From Spirochaetia bacterium (GTDB lineage: Bacteria; Spirochaetota; Spirochaetia; CAKZLE01), in NCBI GenBank assembly GCA_963677595.1, contig OY782041.1, forward strand, positions 960,001-1,024,000: a DNA stretch of 64,000 nucleotides. Direction: 5' to 3'. The translations under genes were made by a program, and so were the position numbers. The notes beneath the pieces are model-generated. The model saw only the letters and a program-made list of their open reading frames with translations, ran no database searches and was not told the origin of the DNA. Below, piece after piece: positions 19,015-29,533 of this stretch. Every line of letters starts with the position of its first letter. The first letter of the stretch is position 1.

Positions 19015-20373
19015 ATGATGATATTCCCCAGGGCGATCGAGACGTTTCTCAGCGCATGGCGAGATGATCCGTACCGAAAACCGTTGATCCTGCGCGGGGC
19101 AAGACAGACAGGTAAGACGACTGTCATACAGGAATTCGGGAAATCGTTTCCCCAGTTCATCTCCCTGAACCTGGAGAGGCATGAGGACAGGAGGCTGTTC
19201 CTCGAGGAGCGCCCGCTTTCACAGGTAGTTGATGAGATGTTCTTCATACACGATTCGAACAGGGCTGGTACTACCCTTATCTTTATCGATGAGATCCAGC
19301 ACTCTTCCCGGGCTGTATCGCTTCTGCGATACTTCTACGAAGATTATCCCCAATACCATATCATCGCTGCGGGGTCGCTCCTTGAGCAGTCCTTCGATCT
19401 TGAGACCTCAGTCCCTGTAGGCCGTGTACAGTTTGCCTATATACATCCCGTATCATTCGAGGAATTCCTGCTGGCTACTGACGAGAGGGCCGCCCTCGAG
19501 GCATATACCACCATTCCCGTCCCCGATTATGCCCATCAGAGACTGTCGGGACTGTTCCAGCAATACCTGTTCATAGGGGGGATGCCGGAAGCTGTCAGGG
19601 TCTATCTGGAAGGAAGGGACTTAGGTCGGGTCAGTGCCGTACAGAGGGACCTGGTATCCTCCTTCACTGATGATATACTGAAATACACAGGGGTTCGTTC
19701 GATTCATGATGTCCTCGGGCATGTCTTCTCCCAGATCTTCTCCCTCCCCTGTGAACGAATCACCTATAACGGCTTCCAGAACAGCCCCTACGGATCCCGG
19801 CAGGTCAAGCAGGTGTTCACCCACCTGGAGAAAGCCATGCTCTGCCAGGTCATCCATCCCCTGACCAGGACTGAATTCCCCATGATACGGAATCTCAAAA
19901 AAAAACCCAGGCTGCACCTGCTCGATACCGGCCTCTGCTGCAATGCCCTTGGGATCCAGCAGGAACTTTTGTCCCTGCAGGACCTGTCCCAGGCGGCACA
20001 CGGCCGGATAGCCGAACATATCGTCGGCCAGGAATTGAAAGCATCTTCCCCTGACAGCCTTGAGACGATCAACTTCTGGGTCAGGGAAAAGAGCCAATCC
20101 AGTGCAGAGATAGATTACATCCTGCCCCATGGGAATTCACTGGTGCCGATAGAAGTGAAATCAGGGAGCACCGGGACACTGCGGTCACTGTTCCAGTTCA
20201 TGGACCGGGCAGGCCATGCAACAGCACTGAGGATTTATGGCGGCAGGTTCTCGGTGACCGAATTGAACAGCAGGGAAGGGAAACCGTTTAATCTTATAAG
20301 CATTCCCTATTACCATGCAGGGAAGGCGGTGCAGTATATCAGGGAACTCTCGGAGGATCCCCTCGAATACTGA
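19015..20373 (+). CDS. AAA_14 ATPase with DUF4143 / C-terminal PD-(D/E)xK-like domain
   Basis: GARQTGKT, IDEIQ, AAGS, EIDY..PIEVKSG. Confidence 0.9.
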   Translation: MMIFPRAIETFLSAWRDDPYRKPLILRGARQTGKTTVIQEFGKSFPQFISLNLERHEDRRLFLEERPLSQVVDEMFFIHDSNRAGTTLIFIDEIQHSSRAVSLLRYFYEDYPQYHIIAAGSLLEQSFDLETSVPVGRVQFAYIHPVSFEEFLLATDERAALEAYTTIPVPDYAHQRLSGLFQQYLFIGGMPEAVRVYLEGRDLGRVSAVQRDLVSSFTDDILKYTGVRSIHDVLGHVFSQIFSLPCERITYNGFQNSPYGSRQVKQVFTHLEKAMLCQVIHPLTRTEFPMIRNLKKKPRLHLLDTGLCCNALGIQQELLSLQDLSQAAHGRIAEHIVGQELKASSPDSLETINFWVREKSQSSAEIDYILPHGNSLVPIEVKSGSTGTLRSLFQFMDRAGHATALRIYGGRFSVTELNSREGKPFNLISIPYYHAGKAVQYIRELSEDPLEY

Positions 20374-20509
20374 CTGAATATGGAAGGCTTATCTTCAACT
20401 TTTCAAACCAAACGTTCGTAAATATGGTATAGTTTTAGCATCCGGCAGCAGGATTACGGGATGAGCCGAACGAGACTGCCAGGAAAGAGAGCTGGACACA
20501 GCTACGAGG

Positions 20510-22885
20510 GTGGTACGGGTTTTGGGCAGCACAGACAGGAACACAACAGCGAACGTCTCTAGGGTTCTCGCCTCTCCAAGCTTCCGTTCCTCCCTTCCGG
20601 TCCTCGTTACCCTGCTGCTGGCGGTGATCATCGTACTGCTTACCCTGGCAGCGCTCAACAGCACCTATGAGTCCCATATAGAGAAGACTGCAGGGATCTT
20701 GGAACATGAACACCACAACATCCAGAACATCCTCAACACGGCCGTGGTCTACCTGGACCTGATGGAACAGGGGATCACCCATACAGCCCGGTACCATACC
20801 GGGGAGAGCCATGAGGAGCTGGACGACCGAATGCTGCGCTACAGCTCCTTCTATGCGGGGATGGGACCGGACTCCCCGGAGATCAAGGAAGAGCTGATTG
20901 CAGCCCTTGAGATCATCCCGGTCGTGCAGGTCCTCCAGCGTGACGAGCAGTCGATCATCCGGTACAGCTACTTCTCCCCCAACGGGTTCATCGTATCCTA
21001 CCCGGAGGCTGCAGCGTCCGACCTCCCCTCCCCGGACACCTACGGGAAGATCATCGGGAACCTGGCCGATGCCTCGGTATTCAGGCTCGGGGAGGACAAG
21101 GGTATTACCATGCCCTATATGTCTGCCCAGTCACGCATACCGGTCGTCTCCTTCACGCAGCCTGTCACTATCGCCTCTTCCCCCGGGCAGGGCATGCTCG
21201 CCATCGATGTCACCCTGGAATCCCTGCAGGAGATCATCTCTGCACTGCCCGGGGAGGAGCAGGTCGAGACGGTCCTGGTCAGCGAGGAAGGCGAGGTCGC
21301 CTGCACCGCAGGGAACCTCCTCGGGGAGGAGCTGCCGACTCTGCTGCAGGATATAACCCAGGAGCTCTCGGATGCCGGCCCGGGCAATTCGGTGATCCGG
21401 CATGGAGCCTACACGATCATGGTCTCCAGGCTGGATGCAATTCCCTGGGACCTGGTCGCGATCGAGAGGACACGTACGGTCTTCTTCGAGCCGCTCACCT
21501 CCTACCGGTTCTTCCTGCTGATCCTTGCGATGCTCGTCACTGCCGGGGTCATCTATCTCTTCATGCGGCGATCATACCGAGAGGTCGAAGAACTGGCGGC
21601 AGAGATGGAGGTCTCGTTCGACCAGTCACCGTTGTTCCTGGCCAACCTGGACCGGGAGGGCCGGATCATCACGATCAACTCGAGGCTACTCTATTTCCTC
21701 CGTGCGACCAGTGAACAGGCCGTGGGCAGGAGGCTTGATGAGCTTGCCCGGATGCAGCATGTGGAGGGGCTTAAAGAGTTCTTCAGCCAGTCCATAGATA
21801 AAGTCAGGCAGGGAGAGACTGTCCGGGAGATCCTGAGCGGAACCATACCTGAGGATGGCACGGTCCTTCATGTCGACGTGAGACTCTCCCCGGTGCTGAG
21901 GAAGGACGGGAGCCTGCTTCTCATGAGCCTCGCTGCACAGGACGTGACCGAGAACTGGGAGCTGCATGCCGCCCTGGAGCGGGAGTCCCGGCAGGACCAC
22001 CTGACCGGTCTGCTCAACAGGCGCAGCTTCGAGGAGCACCTTGAACGGGAGATGAGCCGCAGCGGGCGTTACAGCATCCCGCTCAGCTTCATCCTCATGG
22101 ACATCGACAAGTTCAAGCTGATCAACGACAACTACGGACATGACTATGGGGACACCGTCCTGGTAATGATCGCGGAACTCATCAGTAAGAATATACGGAA
22201 GGCCGATATAGCGTCACGCTGGGGCGGTGAGGAGTTCATCATCCTGATGCCGGAGACGGACCAGGCAGCTGCAGCCATGACTGCAGAGAAGCTGCGGGTC
22301 CTGACAGAACAGACAGTGTTCCCGAATGATGTTCATATCACGATGAGCTTCGGGGTAGCCCAGTGGATGCAGGTGGAAGAACCACGCACCTGGTTCAAGC
22401 GGGCTGATCATGCCCTCTACCGGGCAAAGCAGTCCGGACGCAACCAGGTCGAAGAGTGCCGCTGGTGCAAGATGATACCGGTGGGAACCACCGGGCTCGA
22501 CTGGAACCCCGTCTATGAGACGGGCAGCCCGATCGTCGATGGGGAACACCGCGAACTGCTCGAGATAGCCTCACGCCTGCTGAAAGACATCGATGACCAC
22601 GCCCATATGGTCAGGGCACGGGATGAGCTCAAGAGTCATATCATCGAGCACTTCGCCCATGAAGAGGAATTGATGGACGAGACCGGCTACCCCGGGAAAG
22701 GGAAGCATGCAGCCATACACCAGCACTTGATAGAGCGCGCACTGCAGATCTTCGAGGAGATCGACAAGGGGTTCTTCGACAACTTCCACCTCTTCCTCAT
22801 AGAAGAGATCGTCCTCGAGCACTTCTTCATCGCAGACAAGCCGTTTGTCGACTTCATGCAGCAGGAAGGTTCCAAGCCGGACTGA
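20510..22885 (+). CDS. Diguanylate cyclase: TM-Cache-TM-PAS-GGDEF-hemerythrin
   Basis: DHLTGLLNR, RKAD I-site, GGEEF; C-terminal H..HxxxE..HxxxH..HxxxxD hemerythrin ligands; start uncertain. Confidence 0.88.
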   Translation: MVRVLGSTDRNTTANVSRVLASPSFRSSLPVLVTLLLAVIIVLLTLAALNSTYESHIEKTAGILEHEHHNIQNILNTAVVYLDLMEQGITHTARYHTGESHEELDDRMLRYSSFYAGMGPDSPEIKEELIAALEIIPVVQVLQRDEQSIIRYSYFSPNGFIVSYPEAAASDLPSPDTYGKIIGNLADASVFRLGEDKGITMPYMSAQSRIPVVSFTQPVTIASSPGQGMLAIDVTLESLQEIISALPGEEQVETVLVSEEGEVACTAGNLLGEELPTLLQDITQELSDAGPGNSVIRHGAYTIMVSRLDAIPWDLVAIERTRTVFFEPLTSYRFFLLILAMLVTAGVIYLFMRRSYREVEELAAEMEVSFDQSPLFLANLDREGRIITINSRLLYFLRATSEQAVGRRLDELARMQHVEGLKEFFSQSIDKVRQGETVREILSGTIPEDGTVLHVDVRLSPVLRKDGSLLLMSLAAQDVTENWELHAALERESRQDHLTGLLNRRSFEEHLEREMSRSGRYSIPLSFILMDIDKFKLINDNYGHDYGDTVLVMIAELISKNIRKADIASRWGGEEFIILMPETDQAAAAMTAEKLRVLTEQTVFPNDVHITMSFGVAQWMQVEEPRTWFKRADHALYRAKQSGRNQVEECRWCKMIPVGTTGLDWNPVYETGSPIVDGEHRELLEIASRLLKDIDDHAHMVRARDELKSHIIEHFAHEEELMDETGYPGKGKHAAIHQHLIERALQIFEEIDKGFFDNFHLFLIEEIVLEHFFIADKPFVDFMQQEGSKPD

Positions 22886-22998
22886 CGGCCTGAGGTTGCC
22901 AGGAAGGATTCCCCTACCGGCCTAGATAGAATTGCCTATTGTACATTTCCCCGTATTTTCCCATCATAGGGGAAACCTGTACCACCTGTGAGGATACT

Positions 22999-23664
22999 AT
23001 GGCACTGCTTCGCTGGATCGACACACACATCACCCTACATGAACACGACAACCCGAAGGAAGAGCGTGCGAACGCGCTGACCCACCTGCTCGGGATCCTG
23101 CTCTCGGCAGCGGCCTTCCTGGCCGTGGTCGTGAACCATGCGTCCTACAGCCGGGCCGGCCTGCTAGGAGCCTTCCTCATCTACACCGGGTCCATGCTGC
23201 TGCTCTACTCGGCATCCACGCTCTACCACCACCTGCCGCGCAACGTGCTGAAGAAGCTCTGCAGGGTCTTCGACCATGCGAACATTTACATCCTCATCGC
23301 GGGGACCTACACCCCGATCCTTACCTTCATCGGGTCGAGTGAGGCGAACTACCTCCTCCTGCTGCAGTGGGGTATCGTCGTGGCCGGGATCATCCTTACC
23401 CTCGCCTTCTGGGGACGGTTCAAGATCCTCCATGTCCTGCTCTATCTGGCCATGGGCTGGTCACTGGTATTCTTCTGGGATGCCGTCATCCCCAACATAC
23501 CGAAGGGACTCCTGGCCTGGGTCCTCGCAGGGGGTATCACCTATACGGCAGGGACAGGCTTCTATGCTGCGAAGAAGCTCCCCTACTACCATGCGGTCTG
23601 GCACCTCTTCGTGCTCGGCGGAAGCATCTGCTTCTATATCGGGTTCATGCGCTACCTGGTCTAA
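22999..23664 (+). CDS. Hemolysin III / PAQR (TrhA) family membrane protein
   Basis: EE.ANALTH, STLYH, DHANIY..AGTYTP, HAVWHLFV. Confidence 0.92.
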   Translation: MALLRWIDTHITLHEHDNPKEERANALTHLLGILLSAAAFLAVVVNHASYSRAGLLGAFLIYTGSMLLLYSASTLYHHLPRNVLKKLCRVFDHANIYILIAGTYTPILTFIGSSEANYLLLLQWGIVVAGIILTLAFWGRFKILHVLLYLAMGWSLVFFWDAVIPNIPKGLLAWVLAGGITYTAGTGFYAAKKLPYYHAVWHLFVLGGSICFYIGFMRYLV

Positions 23665-24533
23665 CTGGCAGGCTCGCACTCCGCCTCAGGGAAGATATAG
23701 TCCCTGACCACCGACCGTTCGACCGTTATTTCCTGCGAGACCTCGATAAACGTCTCTATATCGATGATCCTAAAGAAGACGCTCAAGCTGTCATGGAACT
23801 CATTGATCAGCTCCGACCGGATGGACCAGGTCTTTCCGTCTGCCCTCCTCCACCAGTCTGCCGGGTACCCGGCCGTGATGAAGAACGCCGGCTTCATCTC
23901 CATCCTGACCTTTGCAAGGACCTGCGCCCATTCCAGGACAGCATCGTACCGCTTCAAGCCGGTCTCCTCTTCATGGATGAACGGCGGCAGGTGGAGCGCG
24001 TTCCTGCGCGCTGCCTCCTCCTGAAGCCGTTCGACCTCAGGGTATGGTGTGGCAGGGCCTATCTTCTCCTCGTCGAAGATCCCGGAGAGGATAGTGATGA
24101 TCCTCTTCGCCTTGCCGGTATACTCCCTGCGTTTCCGGTCGATCGATGACCGGAAGTCCTCAAGCCCGTGCTGGAGCACATCGAGACATTCATACAGGTC
24201 CCCGATGGCAGGGTTCCCCGTCTCCCTGAGCTGCCCGAGAAGAAGCTCCACCTGGCCGTCGAAGGACTCCCTGAACTCGTAGCACTCGTCGATCTTCTCC
24301 CTGATGATGCACGGGCACCGGTTAAGGTAGGTCTGCGCCGCCTGGTGGGGGACCCACAGCTGGTCCCGGTAGGTATCGAGGAGGGTGAGGACCATGTCCA
24401 TCTCCCCGGCTTTCCTGCTGTAGAGAGAAAGGAAGAAACTGGAATCGAGGATGAAGGTACTCTCCTTCCATACCTCGAACATCTCGCTTCGTGTCGGTTC
24501 GAAACTTCCGGGAAAGATCTGTCTCATACGCAT
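23661..24533 (-). CDS. PIN-like domain protein (PIN_8/DUF4935), apparently degenerate
   Basis: F.LD....SLY, LWVPHQ, R..LHLPP, DWW...RSELINEF pattern. Confidence 0.7.
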   Translation of the reverse strand: MRMRQIFPGSFEPTRSEMFEVWKESTFILDSSFFLSLYSRKAGEMDMVLTLLDTYRDQLWVPHQAAQTYLNRCPCIIREKIDECYEFRESFDGQVELLLGQLRETGNPAIGDLYECLDVLQHGLEDFRSSIDRKRREYTGKAKRIITILSGIFDEEKIGPATPYPEVERLQEEAARRNALHLPPFIHEEETGLKRYDAVLEWAQVLAKVRMEMKPAFFITAGYPADWWRRADGKTWSIRSELINEFHDSLSVFFRIIDIETFIEVSQEITVERSVVRDYIFPEAECEPAS

Positions 24534-24718
24534 GCCTCACATTGATAGTATTCCACGATAAAGAGCCATACTACTGACTCATCGCGGAGAAAACAACTAG
24601 CTAGGCATATAATTCCGGCTTGCCCGGGGAGTTCCCGCTCCAGCCGATCACCCTGTACAGAAGTGCCATGCCGCCGTATACTGAGAATGTACCAGGATCA
24701 CCCCGGGAGGTATGAAAC

Positions 24719-27457
24719 GTGAAACGGGAACGACTCCTCACCAGATGGGCTGCATGGTCAGCGGTCTCTCACAGTAAGGCACTGCTGATCGGCCTGACCA
24801 TCACCATCCTGCTCTCTCTCGGCTTCCTCCGTCTCGAGATGGAGATGACCTTCTACTCCATGATGCCCAGGAGCTCGGAACAGGTCCAGGACTTCGAGAC
24901 GATCACCGAGGATTTCCCCTTCGCATCTCAGGTCGTCGTGGTCGTCGGCACCGACGGGAAGGCGACGACCGACCAGGTGAAGCAGACCATCGACGCCCTG
25001 CAGGAGGAGTTCTCGGACCCCGGCTACAGCTATGCGATCGCCGGGGTCTACAGCTCCCTCGACCGGGATTTCCTCTCCGACCACGGGCTCATGTTCATGA
25101 AGCCCGATGATATAGCGAAGTTCCGTGAGACCTACACAGACTTCAACCTCACTCCGCTGGTCAGAAGCATCAATGACGAGCTCGAGCGGGAGTACTCAGG
25201 GGACTCGGAGAACCTCGAGGATCACGAGCTTGCCGCCGTCTCCCAGTTCAAGGCCCTGAGCCACCTGCTCGAGCTCATCGACGGTGCAGCGGGTGGGGAG
25301 GAGACCGACTCCATGGAGGTTACCCGCACGATCGAGGACTACCTCCTCGGGGAGCAGTACCTGCTAAGCGAAGATGAGCGCATGGGCCTCATGTTCATCA
25401 TGCCGACGATCACGATCAACGACTTCATGGACTACGGCTATATCGTGGAGTTCGAGCAGACTGCCAAGCGGATAGCCGCCGAACACGGGACCACCGCAGG
25501 CCTCACCGGCATGCTCGTCGTGGGGAAGGATGAGATGATGACCTCCGAACAGGGACTTGGTGCCTCTATGACCATCGCCTTCATCCTCATCATCGCGCTG
25601 ATGATCCTGGCCTTCAGGATGAACTCCGCCCCCATCCTGGCAGGGCTCCCCCTCTTAGTCGGCATCATATGGACCACCGGGGCATCCGGGCTGCTCATCG
25701 GGCGGCTCACCATCATGACGGCCATGTACATGGTCGCCCTTCTTGGCCTCGGGATCGACTATGCCATCCACATCTTCGCCACCTATATCCAGGGGCGAGA
25801 CGAGGGGATGACGTGGCTCGACGGAATTACCTATGCCTACCGGACCAGCGTGCCCGGTATCATCACCGGTGCGCTCACCACGGCAGCAGCCTTCTTCGCC
25901 CTGAGCTTCGCGAAGACCGACATCATGCGGGAACTCGGCCTCATCGCCGGGATCGGTATCGTCTGCGAGGCGGCAGCCATGCTCCTGCTCATCCCGCCGC
26001 TGCTCGGTCTCCGTCATGCCAGGCTGGAGAAGCGCGGAAAACCCGACACGATTGGCAGCAGGAAGGTCCGCATCAGCTCGAGCCTGACCGGGAGGGTTGG
26101 CTCCTTCGTGACCCGCAACCCGGGGAAGATCGCAATGGCCTTCCTGTCCGCCGGCATCGTGCTAGCCCTCTTCGCCCCGGGAGTCTCCATCGAGGACAAC
26201 ATCATGAAGATGGAGGCGAAGGGTCTGGAGTCTGTCGAGCTGCAGGACCTCCTTGTAGATGAGTTCGGGATGGCCCCGGACGGGATGTTCCTCCTTTCGG
26301 ACGACCTGCAGGAGATGGAAGAGGTCACCGAGGAACTCAAAGACCTCGAGACGGTTGCCTCCGTCGATTCGATCACCGCATACATGCCTTCTAAAGGTGA
26401 ACAGGCAGCCAGGGCGAAGGAGATCACGGCCTTCCGTGATGTGCTGGCCTCACGACCGGCAGCCGGGGAGACCATCGACAGCTGGGAACTCACCGATGAG
26501 ATCTTCAGGCTCGAGATGAACCTGATAGAACTCGGGGACATGGCCTTCCTTGGGAACATGGAGCGGCTCTCTCCTGTCCTCAACGGGATCACCGGCATCG
26601 ATGATGAGGGGAAGAAATTCAAGGAGACGGTGTTCGACCGGCTTGCAGTCTCGCTGGAGACCGAAGCAGTCCATAAGGACCTCTACCGGCTCCAGGAGCA
26701 AATAGATGCCGGCATGGGCCGGATCCTTGATGACATGGCTGACCCGCAGGAGATCACGGCAGACATGCTCCCGAAGATGGTCACCGACTCCTTCCTCTCC
26801 CGGGACGGGGATTCGTACCTGCTCTCCATCAGCCCGAAGGAGAACCCCTGGGAGGGGGCTAACCGATCCGCCTTCAAGAACCAGCTCGCCACCGTGACTG
26901 ATAAAGCCACCGGGATGATCCTCGTGGCTGACCAGCTCACCTACATGGCTACCGTCGACGGGATCCGCTCCTCGATCATCGCCCTCATCGTCGTCGGGAT
27001 CATCCTCCTGCTCGACTTCAGGAACCTCAAGCTCACCCTCCTCACCTTCGTCCCTCTGCTCCTCTCATTCGGCTCCCTCTTCGGGATCATGGCGCTCACC
27101 GGCATCAGGTTCGATTTCGTGAACATCATCGCGATCCCGCTGCTGATCGGGATCGGCATCGACGATGCGGTCCACATAAACCACCGGTACCGGCTCGAGG
27201 GAACCGGCGGGATGGAGCGGGTCATCACGAAGACCGGCACGGCGGTCCTCCTGACGACCGTCACGACGATCGTAGGGTTCGGCTCCTTCATCCCGTCGAT
27301 CATGCGGGCTATGCGGTCCACGGGCATCGTGCTCTCCTTGGCGATGGCCCTGGCCTTCATCTACTCGATCTTCCTCCACCCTGCCGTGCTGGTGCTCGTC
27401 CATGAGAAGTTCGGGGCCTCCCTGGAACCCTGGGGGAAGAAGGAGGGACAGTCGTGA
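24719..27457 (+). CDS. MMPL/RND-family transporter
   Basis: Two repeats with GLGIDYAIH and GIGIDDAVH. Confidence 0.92.
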   Translation: MKRERLLTRWAAWSAVSHSKALLIGLTITILLSLGFLRLEMEMTFYSMMPRSSEQVQDFETITEDFPFASQVVVVVGTDGKATTDQVKQTIDALQEEFSDPGYSYAIAGVYSSLDRDFLSDHGLMFMKPDDIAKFRETYTDFNLTPLVRSINDELEREYSGDSENLEDHELAAVSQFKALSHLLELIDGAAGGEETDSMEVTRTIEDYLLGEQYLLSEDERMGLMFIMPTITINDFMDYGYIVEFEQTAKRIAAEHGTTAGLTGMLVVGKDEMMTSEQGLGASMTIAFILIIALMILAFRMNSAPILAGLPLLVGIIWTTGASGLLIGRLTIMTAMYMVALLGLGIDYAIHIFATYIQGRDEGMTWLDGITYAYRTSVPGIITGALTTAAAFFALSFAKTDIMRELGLIAGIGIVCEAAAMLLLIPPLLGLRHARLEKRGKPDTIGSRKVRISSSLTGRVGSFVTRNPGKIAMAFLSAGIVLALFAPGVSIEDNIMKMEAKGLESVELQDLLVDEFGMAPDGMFLLSDDLQEMEEVTEELKDLETVASVDSITAYMPSKGEQAARAKEITAFRDVLASRPAAGETIDSWELTDEIFRLEMNLIELGDMAFLGNMERLSPVLNGITGIDDEGKKFKETVFDRLAVSLETEAVHKDLYRLQEQIDAGMGRILDDMADPQEITADMLPKMVTDSFLSRDGDSYLLSISPKENPWEGANRSAFKNQLATVTDKATGMILVADQLTYMATVDGIRSSIIALIVVGIILLLDFRNLKLTLLTFVPLLLSFGSLFGIMALTGIRFDFVNIIAIPLLIGIGIDDAVHINHRYRLEGTGGMERVITKTGTAVLLTTVTTIVGFGSFIPSIMRAMRSTGIVLSLAMALAFIYSIFLHPAVLVLVHEKFGASLEPWGKKEGQS

Positions 27458-28209
27458 AGAAGCTCCTGACGATATGCATGCTGGTACTGGCCGTTAGTGT
27501 ACTGACCGCTGAGGATGCCGAATCCATCCTCAGGCAGGCAGATGCTATCTTCACCTTCACCAACATGTACCAGAAGAGCAGCATGGTCATCTACTCGGGC
27601 TCTCAAGCCCAGCCCGAGCAGGTGATGGAGTCCTATTACCTGAAGGAGGACGGGAAGAGCCATTCGCTCATGGTGTTCCTCCAGCCCTCCAGGGTCAGGG
27701 GGACTGCCTACCTCACCATAGGTGATGACCTCTGGGTCCGCTTCGCCTCCACGGGAAGGACCCGCAAGCTCTCCTCCTCTGCCAGGCAGAACTCGGCGAG
27801 CGGAAGCGACTTCTCCTATGACGACATGGGGGAAGGCAGCGACGGGTACGCAGCAGATTACCAGGCTGCTTCAGTCGAGCATGCCGTGATCAAGGGGGAG
27901 GCCTGTTACCGGATCACTCTCACCCCGAACGACCCTGCAGGATCAGCCTATGACAAGGCTGTCTGCTTCATCACCGAGGATACCTACCACTATGTGCGGA
28001 TCGAGCTCTACAGCAGCGGAGCCCATATAAAGACGATGACCCTCGAGGACTACCGGCAGGTATCAGGGAGTTACTACCCCTTCACGATCTCGATGGCCAG
28101 CGAGATCAGGGACTCTAAGACGGTGATCACGACCACCGAGTTCGAGTATGACAGCCCCAAGGTACAGAAGCGTCTCTTCTCGAAGTCTTACCTCGAGAGT
28201 CTGAGATAG
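27454..28209 (+). CDS. Outer membrane lipoprotein-sorting (LolA-like) protein
   Basis: Signal peptide; F.QP...RGTAYL, GSDFSYDD, LFSKSYL. Confidence 0.85.
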   Translation: MKKLLTICMLVLAVSVLTAEDAESILRQADAIFTFTNMYQKSSMVIYSGSQAQPEQVMESYYLKEDGKSHSLMVFLQPSRVRGTAYLTIGDDLWVRFASTGRTRKLSSSARQNSASGSDFSYDDMGEGSDGYAADYQAASVEHAVIKGEACYRITLTPNDPAGSAYDKAVCFITEDTYHYVRIELYSSGAHIKTMTLEDYRQVSGSYYPFTISMASEIRDSKTVITTTEFEYDSPKVQKRLFSKSYLESLR

Positions 28210-28362
28210 GGGAGCAGGGCAGTGTACCCGAAGGAGGCTGTCCATTTCGGGGAGAATTTCTCAGAACTGTGTTTTCCCTATGGTATCTTGAGTAAGTGAA
28301 AACGCCGGTAGAAACGCCGGTAGAAATGACGATGAAAAGGGCGGACACTGGGAGGTAGGAGA

Positions 28363-29475
28363 ATGAACCCTATGAGGAGAATACTCGTGAGATATCCAAT
28401 ACTGATCATCCTGACCCTGTTTGTCCTCTTCCCACTCACGGCAGGGGATGCATACCTGGGAGGTACGGCATCGACATCGGTAACGGCTCTCTTCTCAGAT
28501 TCAGCTTTCACCTTCGATGATCTATCGTTCACGGCAGCCAGCTCCTTCGAGCTGGAGAGTGAGGGGCTCTCCTACTGGACGACGGTAGAAGCGACCGAAG
28601 ACGGGGTGAGCATCAGCCTCGAGCGTCTCTCCCTCCTGCTCAACCTGACAGACCACCTGCTGCTCACGATCGGCCGGCAGGGACTACTCACCGGCTATGG
28701 CTACGGGTGGAACCCGTCTGACCTCTTTTCCGGTGCCAAGGACCCCACTGACCCGGAAGGGGGTCGCAGGGGGACGGATGCTGCTGCCCTGCTCTATGAC
28801 GACTGGGACTCATTCACAGGCAAAGCGATCATCCTACTCGAGGCAGATCCCACGACGGAAGACATCTCCCCCTCCGATATTTCGATCGGCGGGGAAGCCG
28901 GTCTCCTCCTTCCCGCAGTTGAGCTCAAGCTCACCGCCCTAGCCGACCTTCCCGGAACGGGAGAGGAGTTGGCGCTCTCTGCAGGGGCAGCAGCCTATGC
29001 AGACATCGCGGGGATCGGGATCTACGGGGAGATCAATACCGACCTCGACATCCTCGCAGGCTGCGAGTACTTCTTCGAGAACGGCATGAGCCTGACGGCT
29101 GAGTATCTCTACCACCATGACGGCCTGGATCTTCCGGGCCGCCAGTCCTTCTTCACTGACCTGTACACCGCCCTTCTTGCAGACCCTGCGTATGTACCCG
29201 ACTACCATCCCGGGTATTTCGCCCAGCACTACCTCCTGGCCAGCCTGGCCTACTCGACCTACGACCCCTCACTAGACCTGGTCGCAGCGGCCCTCTACTC
29301 TCCCGACTCCTCTGCCCTCATGCTCACCCCGTCAGCCAGTCTCCATACGGCATGGGGACTTACCATTACAGGCAGTTATGTCGGCCTGGTCAGCCTGCAG
29401 GCTGACCAGTACAGCGAGTTGGGACTCTACCCCTTCGACCATGCGGTGCAGGTCGGCTGTTCCTATGCCTACTAA
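28363..29475 (+). CDS. Secreted putative outer-membrane protein, related to 11613-13073
   Basis: Signal peptide; GRQ...GYGYGWNPSD..DPTDP..G; terminal aromatic residue. Confidence 0.65.
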   Translation: MNPMRRILVRYPILIILTLFVLFPLTAGDAYLGGTASTSVTALFSDSAFTFDDLSFTAASSFELESEGLSYWTTVEATEDGVSISLERLSLLLNLTDHLLLTIGRQGLLTGYGYGWNPSDLFSGAKDPTDPEGGRRGTDAAALLYDDWDSFTGKAIILLEADPTTEDISPSDISIGGEAGLLLPAVELKLTALADLPGTGEELALSAGAAAYADIAGIGIYGEINTDLDILAGCEYFFENGMSLTAEYLYHHDGLDLPGRQSFFTDLYTALLADPAYVPDYHPGYFAQHYLLASLAYSTYDPSLDLVAAALYSPDSSALMLTPSASLHTAWGLTITGSYVGLVSLQADQYSELGLYPFDHAVQVGCSYAY

Positions 29476-29511
29476 AAAAATCAAGGCCCTGATCGTGTAT
29501 GACCAGGGCCT
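29474..29511 (-). terminator. Rho-independent terminator (bidirectional hairpin, U-tract on the minus strand)
   Basis: AGGCCCTG..CAGGGCCT stem preceded by A7. Confidence 0.65.
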
Positions 29512-29533
29512 CTAGATTGAACAGGCAAGCTGC

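Noticed and set aside
20440-20500. GAGCCGAACGAGACTGCC resembling the 3' end of a cobalamin riboswitch upstream of the DGC
   Set aside because: The 5' core (GGGAA..GGTG..AA.TCC..ACTGT) is absent
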